Below are positions 8,872-18,512 of a stretch of 64,000 nt of DNA, piece after piece. The notes below the pieces were generated by a model, which made no database searches, had not been told where the DNA came from, and worked only from the letters and a program-made list of their open reading frames with translations. The first letter of the stretch is position 1. Each line of letters starts with the position of its first letter. Origin of the DNA: a virus. The DNA is taken from the IMG/VR virus record IMGVR_UViG_3300034095_000847; one strand, given 5' to 3'. The translations under genes and the position numbers were made by a program.

Positions 8872-9908
8872 TGAAAAAATATGCTTTAGATTTATTACCT
8901 GGTAAATTAACATCATCTCAATATTCGCATAAATTTGGTTGGGCTATGCTTAGGAAATGCCAACTTGAAGATGCTTTGAATATTAAGATTGATGTTCTTC
9001 ATGGAGAGTCTTGGGATGATTATGATACTATATTTCTATATCATTCTATGGAACAAGATGGAGAAACTCTTAATCTATTTGGAGGAGCAACTAAAGAAAA
9101 TGCTGTCTTCTTTGAAAGAATATTAACCCATAAGAATAAGTCTTTAGTATCTATTGATATCCCAATGCCTGATTATGGTAGACTATGTAAGAATCGACTT
9201 AAGAATGCCGATGAATATTGGTCTGCCATAGATTGGGACGAGATGTCTAATGTATGTAAATCTATACCTGAAATGCTACATCCAGAGACTACAACTAAAT
9301 TGGTATTAGGAGATAGTCATTCATTTTCTGCATATCAACCTGGATATATGACATTTCGTAAAGATGGTAGAACTCTTGCCGGCGTGCTGAGAAAAACTAT
9401 CTTAAAAGAAATAGATGATTTTATGCCAGGAGTAAGAGAAAACCTTACTCACCTTACATGTTATTATGGCAATATTGATATTAGACATCATATATGTCGT
9501 GAAGAGAGTCCAAAGTCATATGTTGATGATTTAGTATCTGAATATGAGAATCAAATAAAGGTATTAAACATTAAGAATATTGAAGTTGTGTTACCATTAC
9601 CTATAGAAGATGAGACTCGCAAATTGCCTAAAACAGGTTGGTATAAAGGTACTCCATTCTTTGGTTCTAGATTGGAAAGAGAAGGTATAAGACAATACTT
9701 TACTGAAGCATTAATACAAATGTGCAACAGAAATAATTGGTCAGTTTTTAAATGGCCTGAGCAGTTCTATACATATAGTCCTATTGAGTTTATGCAGACA
9801 TGCATGGAACGTCCAAAATCAGTACACTTAGCACCAGTTAATCATCGTTATGATTATTGGAATAGGTGTGCTAAGCAACAAGAATCTACTCTTGAAGATT
9901 TTTTTTAA
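8871..9908 (+). CDS. Unknown enzyme with SGNH-like C-terminal domain, part of the modification cluster
   Basis: VLGDSHS, GNIDIRHH, SVHL motifs; translationally coupled to the upstream gene. Confidence 0.5.
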   Translation: MKKYALDLLPGKLTSSQYSHKFGWAMLRKCQLEDALNIKIDVLHGESWDDYDTIFLYHSMEQDGETLNLFGGATKENAVFFERILTHKNKSLVSIDIPMPDYGRLCKNRLKNADEYWSAIDWDEMSNVCKSIPEMLHPETTTKLVLGDSHSFSAYQPGYMTFRKDGRTLAGVLRKTILKEIDDFMPGVRENLTHLTCYYGNIDIRHHICREESPKSYVDDLVSEYENQIKVLNIKNIEVVLPLPIEDETRKLPKTGWYKGTPFFGSRLEREGIRQYFTEALIQMCNRNNWSVFKWPEQFYTYSPIEFMQTCMERPKSVHLAPVNHRYDYWNRCAKQQESTLEDFF

Positions 9909-9914
9909 TAAATA
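9906..9914 (+). promoter_or_regulatory. Late promoter (variant AATAAATA)
   Basis: TAATAAATA just upstream of ATG 9933; same variant at 11322-11330. Confidence 0.6.
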
Positions 9915-9932
9915 CAACATTTAGATAATTAT

Positions 9933-11324
9933 ATGAAATCATTCAAAATGCATGTAAACGAAACTCAGAATAAAAATAAATTAAATAGTTCAATAAAACA
10001 TATAAATGATCATTTTAATTCTATTGTAGTTAAATATTATAATGATACAAGAAATCCCACAGCAATACCTTCTATTACAGGTAAAATAGAAGGTGGTGTT
10101 GAAGGTATCACTAATATAATGAAAACTATATTTGGTGTGCAAACTAAAGTAGAAAGTTTATCTGGACCTATTGCTAGAAGTATTTCAGGTACTTATGATT
10201 CTTATGAAGTGATAATTTCACCAATTAATTCATTTTATTTTAGATCTATTATTGGTGAAAAGGGTGCTTTATCTAAAAAAGACTTAACACCAGTAAAATT
10301 AAAATTAAATGGTAAAACATTAACTAAAACAAATGTAGATAGTCTTATAGAAGAAGGATTAAAGAATAATTCAGATTTGCCTTTAGAAGTATTAGAACTA
10401 TGCAGAAATTTAATTAATCTTGCTAAAAATAAAGGATTAAATATTATTGTAACACCTAATATTAATAAATTACTTAAGACAATATCAAAAACAGATTTAA
10501 AAAAGATAGGAACTAATTATGGCGAAATTGTTTTAGCTATTTGGTGTTTATATAATAAACCTGATGCAAAAAGCATATTTTTTCCAAAAGAAGAAAATAA
10601 TCCACTTGCAGATTTCATTGTAAACTTTTCAACTTCATCTAAAATTCCACCACTTAATGTATCTGCTAAATATGAAGCGGGTGCTAATGCATCACTAAAC
10701 TCAATAATTCCTCAAGATTGTAAACCTCCTGAATCAGCTACTGCCGATGAACTTAAAGCATTTAATGCTATTATGGCAGTTGCATATGATAAAATTATTG
10801 ATGGATTATTAAATGCTGAAAAGATATTAAACACACCTGAATATGTAGCTTTACAAAAAATGATAGATGGAAATGTTACTTTAGATAGTATTTCAAAGTT
10901 AGTTGAAAACGCCTTGAAAAATGCCGAAATTAATTCTAAAGAAATTCCTTCATTAGATCAATATAATAATTTTTTATCGACATTAGAACCATTTTATAAA
11001 CTAATTCCAGGTAACCAAAAAGGCAAGCCAAATATAAATTCTATGAAAAGCATTGCTGCATTAGGTACTGGTAAATATCATCATCCAATTTATTATGCAT
11101 TTTCAGTTTCATTAGCTGATAAATTCAATAATGATGTCAAATTTTCAAATGTATTAAATAAGGCAGCAAATGCAATTAAAGCAGAACAAATATATCTTGA
11201 TATTACTAATGATAATATAAATATTAATATGAAACATTTTTCAGACTCAAAATTCATGTTTGCGGCTGGAGCTTATGCATATAAAGCAGATAATGTAAGA
11301 ATGAAAGTCAAACTAGTAAAGTAA
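9933..11324 (+). CDS. Putative internal head protein, possible PD-(D/E)XK-like domain
   Basis: N-terminal MKSFKMHVNE resembles the T4 capsid-targeting sequence; YGE...NPLADF...VSAK. Confidence 0.45.
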   Translation: MKSFKMHVNETQNKNKLNSSIKHINDHFNSIVVKYYNDTRNPTAIPSITGKIEGGVEGITNIMKTIFGVQTKVESLSGPIARSISGTYDSYEVIISPINSFYFRSIIGEKGALSKKDLTPVKLKLNGKTLTKTNVDSLIEEGLKNNSDLPLEVLELCRNLINLAKNKGLNIIVTPNINKLLKTISKTDLKKIGTNYGEIVLAIWCLYNKPDAKSIFFPKEENNPLADFIVNFSTSSKIPPLNVSAKYEAGANASLNSIIPQDCKPPESATADELKAFNAIMAVAYDKIIDGLLNAEKILNTPEYVALQKMIDGNVTLDSISKLVENALKNAEINSKEIPSLDQYNNFLSTLEPFYKLIPGNQKGKPNINSMKSIAALGTGKYHHPIYYAFSVSLADKFNNDVKFSNVLNKAANAIKAEQIYLDITNDNININMKHFSDSKFMFAAGAYAYKADNVRMKVKLVK

Positions 11325-11358
11325 TAAATAACAATATCTTTATTTTTAGGAAACATTA

Positions 11359-12324
11359 ATGAAATCGTTTGTAGAATTTATTACAGAAGGCGGTAATGTC
11401 TTTAAAGACAAAACTGCCTCTATCAAATTGGAACATATTGGTCCTACACTAGAAGCATACTTTAAAGAACTTAAGCATATATTTCCTAAGAAGGCAAGTA
11501 TCTTTAATCTTGATCATTTCAAACCATTAGGTTCAGTCGGTAAAAAACCGATGTCGGGGGATATAGATCTTGGTATTGATTCAAAGAGTTTGCTTGATCA
11601 TACTATGTCAGATAAATCTATGTCTGATTGGAATATTGATCCTAAAGCAGTTCATATAGAATTTGCTAAGTTAGAAAAGAGAGCAAAGTCTGCATCTCCT
11701 GAAATGCTATTGATGAAAGCATTTCTTAAAGAACTAACATTGTATATTAATTCACATGCTCCTTCATTATATTGTGATGAAAAGAAAGTTACAAATGGTA
11801 ACATCTTTGGGTTGTTTCCCCAGATTAATGATAAAGGATATGAAGTTGGTATTGGTGTTCAAATTGACTGGATGATTGGTGATCTACAATGGTTGACATT
11901 TAGTTATCATTCTGCTGCTTATCCTACAAATTCTAATGTGAAAGGTTTGCATAGAACCCAATTGATGCTGTCTGCATTTCAAGTAGCAAACTATTCTTTT
12001 AATCATGTAACTGGCGTTAAGGATAAAGATACTGGAGTTATTATTGCACATAATCCAGAAGATGCTTTATCTGTATTGGGTAAGAAGTTAGGTGTTAAGA
12101 TTACAAGATCTGATGCTGAAGACTATTACAAACTACATAAATTGCTTAAGACCAAAATGAAACCGAAAGATTATTCTAGTATGGTTGATATTTACTTGAA
12201 GATACTTGACTCAACAAGAGCCGACGTGCCTGATGATCTTCAAGCAGATTGGAAAAAACGTAAAACTAAACTGGCCTTAACTGGAAAGTTCTTGCCTGAT
12301 AACTCAGCACTGAAAGGATTATAA
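11359..12324 (+). CDS. Pol-beta-superfamily nucleotidyltransferase with capsid-targeting N-terminus
   Basis: MKSFVEFITE; LGSVGKKPMSGDIDL and VQIDWM catalytic motifs. Confidence 0.75.
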   Translation: MKSFVEFITEGGNVFKDKTASIKLEHIGPTLEAYFKELKHIFPKKASIFNLDHFKPLGSVGKKPMSGDIDLGIDSKSLLDHTMSDKSMSDWNIDPKAVHIEFAKLEKRAKSASPEMLLMKAFLKELTLYINSHAPSLYCDEKKVTNGNIFGLFPQINDKGYEVGIGVQIDWMIGDLQWLTFSYHSAAYPTNSNVKGLHRTQLMLSAFQVANYSFNHVTGVKDKDTGVIIAHNPEDALSVLGKKLGVKITRSDAEDYYKLHKLLKTKMKPKDYSSMVDIYLKILDSTRADVPDDLQADWKKRKTKLALTGKFLPDNSALKGL

Positions 12325-12325
12325 G

Positions 12326-13255
12326 ATGTCGGGAAGTACAGGTGCGGATAGAATCCAAAGTAGAGAACACTTCAAAAAGTTTCTTGCTTCTTATGAAAAG
12401 GTAGTTAAGCAATTTCCTGGGTTTGTTTCAATAAAACCTTCTGGTTCTTATAACTCTAATCTAAGTAAACAAGACTTCGGTGATATAGATCTTATAACTC
12501 ATATTGAATCTAATAAAGATAAAGCTACAGTTAAAAAAGAATTAGCCGCGCATCTTGCTAAACTTCCTGATTCAGTCATAGTTCCATTTAAATCTGAAAG
12601 ATATAAAGGCAAAAAGTTCCTTAATACAGGCGAAATTGTTACTATTAGATATCATGATGAAGAACTTGGATATTCAGTTCAAATAGATAATATTATAGCA
12701 CTTGACCGAACAGAAGCAGGATTTAAGTTAAACTTTCTTGATTTGCCTGCCGAGAAACAAGGTTTGATATTAGGCTTAACTAAGGTTGCTACTATTGAAA
12801 CTCCTTTACCTACCTTATTTAAAAAAGTAGGTGTTAAAGTACCTTCTAAACTTCCTGATAATGAAGAATATGAATTCAATCTATCAAGTGTAGAGATTCA
12901 ATTAAGGAAAGTTACATATGAGCCAGGATCATATAAGCAATTAAAAAGAGAAGTTGTTTGGAAATCAAGAAGCTTTGCAGATTTAAAAAAGATTTTATTT
13001 CAATATGACCTTGATGCCTCATTTGAAGATTTGATTAAGCAAGCAAAAGTTAAATTAAAAAATCCAAGAAGTTCTAATAGAATGAAAGGTGTATTTACCT
13101 CCATGATTAGTGTTAAATCTGGAGAGGTGGGTACTCAAAAGGGTAGAGATAAGGAAGCAGCAATTAAAAAAGTAATGGATATATTTGGAGAAAGCTATAT
13201 GAAATCATTCTCTGATTTTTTAACTGAATCTACAAATCCTTTAAAGGTTAAATAA
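12326..13255 (+). CDS. Pol-beta-superfamily nucleotidyltransferase
   Basis: SGSYNS...FGDIDLI and VQIDNI motifs. Confidence 0.72.
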   Translation: MSGSTGADRIQSREHFKKFLASYEKVVKQFPGFVSIKPSGSYNSNLSKQDFGDIDLITHIESNKDKATVKKELAAHLAKLPDSVIVPFKSERYKGKKFLNTGEIVTIRYHDEELGYSVQIDNIIALDRTEAGFKLNFLDLPAEKQGLILGLTKVATIETPLPTLFKKVGVKVPSKLPDNEEYEFNLSSVEIQLRKVTYEPGSYKQLKREVVWKSRSFADLKKILFQYDLDASFEDLIKQAKVKLKNPRSSNRMKGVFTSMISVKSGEVGTQKGRDKEAAIKKVMDIFGESYMKSFSDFLTESTNPLKVK

Positions 13256-14175
13256 TGAGTGAATTCGAAGATTTCCTAAAACTTGTTGCTGAAGGTAAAA
13301 AGGATTATAAAGAAAATGATCCTGTTGGCAAAAAGTTAGAAGAAGTCAAACTGAATATCAAGTCTGATTTAGGTTCTTTATTTGGCCATTTATCTGAAGC
13401 AAAGATAAATGATCCAATTAATAAAAAGATAGAGACTGTAAAAGAGAATGTTAAATCTGATTTAGGTTCTTTATTTGCTCAATTGTCTGAGATTGCTACT
13501 AAGGTAGAACCTTTAGAACATCGATTTGATGAAGTCATTATTGAAGTTGCCGAGCAGATAGAAGAAGTTGCTCAAATAATAGAAGAAGTACCAGTTCCTG
13601 AAATTAAACCTGCATCTCAGCAATATTCTCCGGCAGAAATAGAAAAAATACATACTGGTAAATCATTCCAACAACCTGATCCAGATTTAGTTACTCCTCA
13701 GATGGATGACATCCGTAAGAAACTAAAGTTCATGGAACAAGCAATAGGTAAAATTGCTGCTTTAGGTCCTGGATCTGGTGAAGTTAATCTAAGATGGTTA
13801 GATGATGTTTATAGACCATCTATTATGGATGGTAGATACCTTAGATATAATGATACTTTAAAGAAGTTTGAATTTGCTGAAGTAAATCCGCATGATATTG
13901 TTTACACCACGACTCTAGTAACTAATAATACATATACCGTTAGTAGTAATGATTATTATATTGGTGTAAATTATGCAGGTCCAGTTACAATAACATTACC
14001 AACTGAATTACTTAGTTCAGGTAGAATGATTATTATAAAAGACGAGTCTGGTGCAGCAGAAACAAACCCTATTACTGTCCAAGGCAATGTTGATAACGAT
14101 GCTGGTGGATTTATAATTCAAATTAACAATGGTGCCATTCAATTAATTTACAGAAGTGGCTGGAGAATCGTATGA
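13255..14175 (+). CDS. Virion-associated protein (duplicated N-terminal helical repeat; fibre-type beta domain at C-terminus)
   Basis: KSDLGSLF repeated twice; YIGVNYAGPVTITLP..IIIKDESG..NPITV. Confidence 0.5.
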   Translation: MSEFEDFLKLVAEGKKDYKENDPVGKKLEEVKLNIKSDLGSLFGHLSEAKINDPINKKIETVKENVKSDLGSLFAQLSEIATKVEPLEHRFDEVIIEVAEQIEEVAQIIEEVPVPEIKPASQQYSPAEIEKIHTGKSFQQPDPDLVTPQMDDIRKKLKFMEQAIGKIAALGPGSGEVNLRWLDDVYRPSIMDGRYLRYNDTLKKFEFAEVNPHDIVYTTTLVTNNTYTVSSNDYYIGVNYAGPVTITLPTELLSSGRMIIIKDESGAAETNPITVQGNVDNDAGGFIIQINNGAIQLIYRSGWRIV

Positions 14176-15605
14176 CATATTTGTTTAAACCTGATGTACC
14201 ATTTGATGGTGAGATTAAGAACGATACTGGTAATCCAATACCAGTATCTAAAGACACCTCAGTAAACAGCACCACCAATCGTATTTTTGTAGATACAGGT
14301 TTAACTATTCCTGCCGCCTTTGACGGTGAGATTAAGAACGATGCCGGTAATCCAATACCAGTATCAAAGAATACATCAACCAATTCTGATACAAATCCAA
14401 TCTTTGTTAAGGGAACTTCTGACTCAAGCTTCTTTGCTCCAACGCAATCAGATGCTTTTGGTAGACTGCGTGTAAGTAATCCATATACTTTATTTGATGG
14501 TGGTGTGCGCTTTTCGGACAATGCATTTAAGTGGGATCAAGTTGATACTGGTGCAGCTACGTCAACTTTTCAACCAAATGAAAGTTCTATACTGATGGCA
14601 ACCACTGGTGCAGGTTCAGCAATTCGTCAAAGCAAACAAGTATTTTCCTATCAGCCTGGAAAAAGTTTATTGAGTATGTTGACTTTTGTTATGAATACTC
14701 CTACTGCTGGAGTTACTCAACGTGCTGGATATTTTGGAGCGCAGAATGGTGTTTACTTTGAAGTGGCGGGAACCACAAAAAATCTTGTCATTAGAAAATA
14801 TACTTCTGGTTCAGTAGATGACACTACAGAAAAATTCCCCCAAAGTTTGTGGAATGGTGATAAATTAGACGGGACTGGATCTAGCGGAATAACATTAGAT
14901 GTTTCTAAAGCACAGATTTTTTGGTGTGATATTGAATGGTTGGGTGTAGGTTCAGTTCGTTGTGGATTTGTTATAGATGGCCAGTTTATTGTTTGTCATA
15001 CTTTCCATCATGCTAATATAGCAAACAAAGTTTATATGACTACAGCTACGTTACCTTTACGATATGAAATTATTAGTACTGGACCAGCAGCTTCAATGAG
15101 AGCGATCTGTTCTACGGTAATATCAGAGGGTGGTTATATGAATCGTAGTGAAACACGTGCCATAGGAACTGCATTAACAGGTAAAAATCTTAGCACTACT
15201 GTATATACCCCTTTAGTATGTTTGCGTATGAAGTCAACTACTTTAGACTCTATAGTAGTACCAACAGCATTTGATGCATTTGGATTACAACTAGCAGCTT
15301 TTTCTTATGCTGTTATTCTTAATCCAACTCTGACAGGTGCCAGTTGGACTTCTGCAGGCACAGATAGTACAGTAGAATACGATGTTTCTGCTACTGCACT
15401 TTCGGGTGGAAAGATTATAACACAAGGTATATTTGTAGGATCTAATAAGGGTGGATCTGCTCAGGTTACTTCCAATGACATAGACTTTAGTCAACAGTTA
15501 GGTAGAACAATAGCAGGCGTATCAGACATATGGTGCTTAGCAGCAATAGCTACTACAACTAATGATGATGCGGTTGGTATAGTGAACTGGCAAGAGCATA
15601 ACTAA
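14172..15605 (+). CDS. Virion structural protein
   Basis: FDGEIKND.GNPIPVSK repeated twice; DAFGRLRVSNPYTLFD; Thr/Gly-rich beta composition. Confidence 0.65.
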   Translation: MTYLFKPDVPFDGEIKNDTGNPIPVSKDTSVNSTTNRIFVDTGLTIPAAFDGEIKNDAGNPIPVSKNTSTNSDTNPIFVKGTSDSSFFAPTQSDAFGRLRVSNPYTLFDGGVRFSDNAFKWDQVDTGAATSTFQPNESSILMATTGAGSAIRQSKQVFSYQPGKSLLSMLTFVMNTPTAGVTQRAGYFGAQNGVYFEVAGTTKNLVIRKYTSGSVDDTTEKFPQSLWNGDKLDGTGSSGITLDVSKAQIFWCDIEWLGVGSVRCGFVIDGQFIVCHTFHHANIANKVYMTTATLPLRYEIISTGPAASMRAICSTVISEGGYMNRSETRAIGTALTGKNLSTTVYTPLVCLRMKSTTLDSIVVPTAFDAFGLQLAAFSYAVILNPTLTGASWTSAGTDSTVEYDVSATALSGGKIITQGIFVGSNKGGSAQVTSNDIDFSQQLGRTIAGVSDIWCLAAIATTTNDDAVGIVNWQEHN

Positions 15606-15629
15606 AATTATATTCTAGTATTTAAAAAG

Positions 15630-15637
15630 TATAAATA
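15630..15637 (+). promoter_or_regulatory. T4-type late promoter
   Basis: TATAAATA. Confidence 0.8.
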
Positions 15638-15667
15638 ACTTACAGTTTATTTTATAGATGGAACCAA

Positions 15668-17884
15668 ATGAAACAGTATAGACAATTCCTAAAGGAAATG
15701 CCTGCTAAAACAATTGTATTTGCTTTTGGCAGATTTTCTCCTCCTACTACGGGTCATGGACTGCTTATTAAGGTAGTTAAAAAGTTTGCATCTAGTAATA
15801 AAGCAGATTATGTAATATATGCTTCTAGAACTCAAGATAAAAAGAAAAACCCATTATCGGTGGATAAAAAGATTCATTATTTGAATCTAATGTTTCCACA
15901 CACCAATTTCAAACCTGCAACTGATACAGAGCGCACACCTATAGAGGTTGCGAAAGCATTAAACTCTAAATATAAAAATCTTGTCATGATTGCAGGTTCT
16001 GATCGGGTTGGTGCTTTTGAAAAATTACTTAACCAATACAATGGTATAGAATATAATTATGATTCTATTCAAGTAATTTCAGCCGGTGAAAGAGATCCAG
16101 ATGCTGATGATGCTTCTGGTATGTCTGGTACTAAGATGAGATCGGCAGCTTCTGAAGGTGATTACCAAATCTTTAAAAAGGGTTTACCCTCTACATTACG
16201 TGATATTGATGGTAAACTATTAATGAATGATGTTAGACAAGGAATGGGTCTTGATATCATTAAAGAACAATTTAAACTAAATGTTGATGAACTTAGAGAA
16301 AGATATTATAATAAAGAAATATTCAACATTGGTGATATTGTAGAATCAAATAACGAACCATTTGAGATATTAGACAGAGGTAGTAATTATCTTGTTGTTG
16401 TAAATTCAATTGGTGAAACTAGTAAAAAATGGATACAGGACGTAGTAATGTCAGAACAAACTTTATTTGAAGATATTCAACCTGGAGATGTACCTTCTGA
16501 AATTACATTCAAAGGTTATACAACTAAAAATCTTCATCATTCAGAAGATGCTATTAGAGCATTTGTACAAACTATAAAAATATCCGGTGATCACGATCCA
16601 ATATCTGTTTTAAATGCATTGAAAGCAACAGATATCTACATGGGTATTAATGATAGGCATTTAGAACAAGGAAAAGTTCCGGATGAACAAGAATTGAATC
16701 AATGGGAAGATGCACATATAAAAGCAAAAATAGCTTTGGAAAGAAATGGAGATTTCCTACACCATTTAGATTATTGGCATATGCATGGAACTGAAATAGA
16801 ACTTATGATAAATCAATTTAGAGCATCAACGGCAAATGGTATGACTGAAGAATTAACAGACAAAACTCTTAAAACTAATGATAAACTTAAAGTTGCTAGA
16901 ATGATTGCAACTATTTTAGGATTTGATGATGCTGAGAAATCAAGTAATGCTGAAACATTGGTAAATAATGCTTTACGTAAAACTAAAACTTTAAATAAAG
17001 ATTCATTAAAAATTGTTTCCAAAATGTTAAAACTTGCAGATGAAGTTGGTATTAACTATGATAAGAAATCAATTAAAAATATCTCAAAAAGTAATTTAAC
17101 TGAAGAACAATTTCAGTTAGCTACTGAAAGGGCAGAACGTTATGGAAGACGCTTTCCAAACCCTATTGATAATTTTTGGATTAATGAAGTTAAAATTAAT
17201 AAAACAATTAAATCTTTACCAAAGGATGATGCTGAAAAGATTGAAAATCTTGCAGCAACTGGACATGCAACTTTAAGTACTAAACGGCATGGAGTTGATC
17301 AATCTGAACGTACACATGTAGGATCAAATTTAACTCCTGGTCCAAAAGGTACAGATACTATTGATAGAATGAAAGTCAGGTATATGTATGAAGAATTAGA
17401 ATTAGACGAAGATTTTGATCTTACTGAAGAAGAAATTGATGAAATAATAGATTCGCTTTCAGAAGAAGATATATTTGAGGCATATGATGATGATGAATTT
17501 ATTATTATTGATGAAGAAGGCAATGAAGTAGAAATTCAAGTTCCTGTAAGTGAAGAAGCTCTTATGGAAGTTCTTTCTAAAATGGAAAGAATGAAAGCAA
17601 GACTTAGAATGGCAAAATATACACCTAAGTTAACTGCAAAACGTAAAATTGCTATGCGGACTCATTCAGATTCTAAAAAAATAAATAAAAGAGCTAGAAA
17701 ATTAGCTGTTGGTCTTATCAAGAAAAAGTTGTTAAAAGGTAGAGATCCAGCTTCATTATCTACATCTGAAAGAGAAAGAATTGAACGTGTAATTGAGAAA
17801 AGAAAACCAATTATAAATCGTTTAGCTATGAAACTTACTTCAAAAGTTCGTAAAACAGAAAAAGATAGATTATCACATCACTAG
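15668..17884 (+). CDS. Cytidyltransferase-like (HIGH) domain protein with long C-terminal extension; probable head cargo
   Basis: FGRFSPPTTGH, AGSDRV, SGMSGTKMR; N-terminal MKQYRQFLKE. Confidence 0.8.
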   Translation: MKQYRQFLKEMPAKTIVFAFGRFSPPTTGHGLLIKVVKKFASSNKADYVIYASRTQDKKKNPLSVDKKIHYLNLMFPHTNFKPATDTERTPIEVAKALNSKYKNLVMIAGSDRVGAFEKLLNQYNGIEYNYDSIQVISAGERDPDADDASGMSGTKMRSAASEGDYQIFKKGLPSTLRDIDGKLLMNDVRQGMGLDIIKEQFKLNVDELRERYYNKEIFNIGDIVESNNEPFEILDRGSNYLVVVNSIGETSKKWIQDVVMSEQTLFEDIQPGDVPSEITFKGYTTKNLHHSEDAIRAFVQTIKISGDHDPISVLNALKATDIYMGINDRHLEQGKVPDEQELNQWEDAHIKAKIALERNGDFLHHLDYWHMHGTEIELMINQFRASTANGMTEELTDKTLKTNDKLKVARMIATILGFDDAEKSSNAETLVNNALRKTKTLNKDSLKIVSKMLKLADEVGINYDKKSIKNISKSNLTEEQFQLATERAERYGRRFPNPIDNFWINEVKINKTIKSLPKDDAEKIENLAATGHATLSTKRHGVDQSERTHVGSNLTPGPKGTDTIDRMKVRYMYEELELDEDFDLTEEEIDEIIDSLSEEDIFEAYDDDEFIIIDEEGNEVEIQVPVSEEALMEVLSKMERMKARLRMAKYTPKLTAKRKIAMRTHSDSKKINKRARKLAVGLIKKKLLKGRDPASLSTSERERIERVIEKRKPIINRLAMKLTSKVRKTEKDRLSHH

Positions 17885-17893
17885 GAAATAAAA

Positions 17894-18331
17894 ATGAATG
17901 AATTATCAGCAGCATTGAAAATTGCTATGGCAAATACTTTTGTAATGTACTTTAAGGCACATTCATATCATTGGAATATTGAAGGACCTAATTTTAATGA
18001 TTACCATGGTTATTTTGGTGGATTGTATGAAGAATTGCATGATGCAATAGATCCTATAGCAGAAAATATTCGTGCTATCGATCAATATGCACCAGTTGGT
18101 CTTTCTGATCTTTATGATGCTAAAACAGTTGCCGATGACTCTTCAAGGGTTGTATTAACAAAACAAATGTTTTTAAATCTTATTGATGCTAATGATGCTG
18201 TTATTGAAAGTCTAAATAGATCATTTGAATTAGCAAATTATCAGAAGAAACAAGGTTTATGTAACTTCTTAGCAGATCGTTTAGATGTTCATGCTAAACA
18301 TGCTTGGCAATTAAAATCATTAAGTAAGTAA
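17894..18331 (+). CDS. dps: Dps ferritin-like DNA protection protein
   Basis: KAHSYHWNIEG..F..YH..F..LYEE...D.IAE.IR; H.KHAWQL. Confidence 0.92.
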   Translation: MNELSAALKIAMANTFVMYFKAHSYHWNIEGPNFNDYHGYFGGLYEELHDAIDPIAENIRAIDQYAPVGLSDLYDAKTVADDSSRVVLTKQMFLNLIDANDAVIESLNRSFELANYQKKQGLCNFLADRLDVHAKHAWQLKSLSK

Positions 18332-18332
18332 T

Positions 18333-18506
18333 ATGAAGACTTATAAAGAGTTGCTTGAAGATATTGCAACATCTGATATTAACGTTAAAAAATGGGTAGA
18401 TAATAACGGGATTACTCGTACTAGAAAAGTTCATCCACGTATGGTTGATTTTAAAAATAGCAAATCTGGCGGTGAACCCAGTCAGAATGGCGAACCAAAA
18501 AGGTAA
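18333..18506 (+). CDS. Small putative internal head protein (57 aa, not in ORF track)
   Basis: MKTYKELLE N-terminus. Confidence 0.6.
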   Translation: MKTYKELLEDIATSDINVKKWVDNNGITRTRKVHPRMVDFKNSKSGGEPSQNGEPKR

Positions 18507-18512
18507 TAATAG

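Noticed and set aside
8862-9908. Frameshifting at the T-runs ending ORFs 7705 and 8871
   Set aside because: The runs encode the FF of the clamp-binding-like tails, and the downstream genes have their own starts
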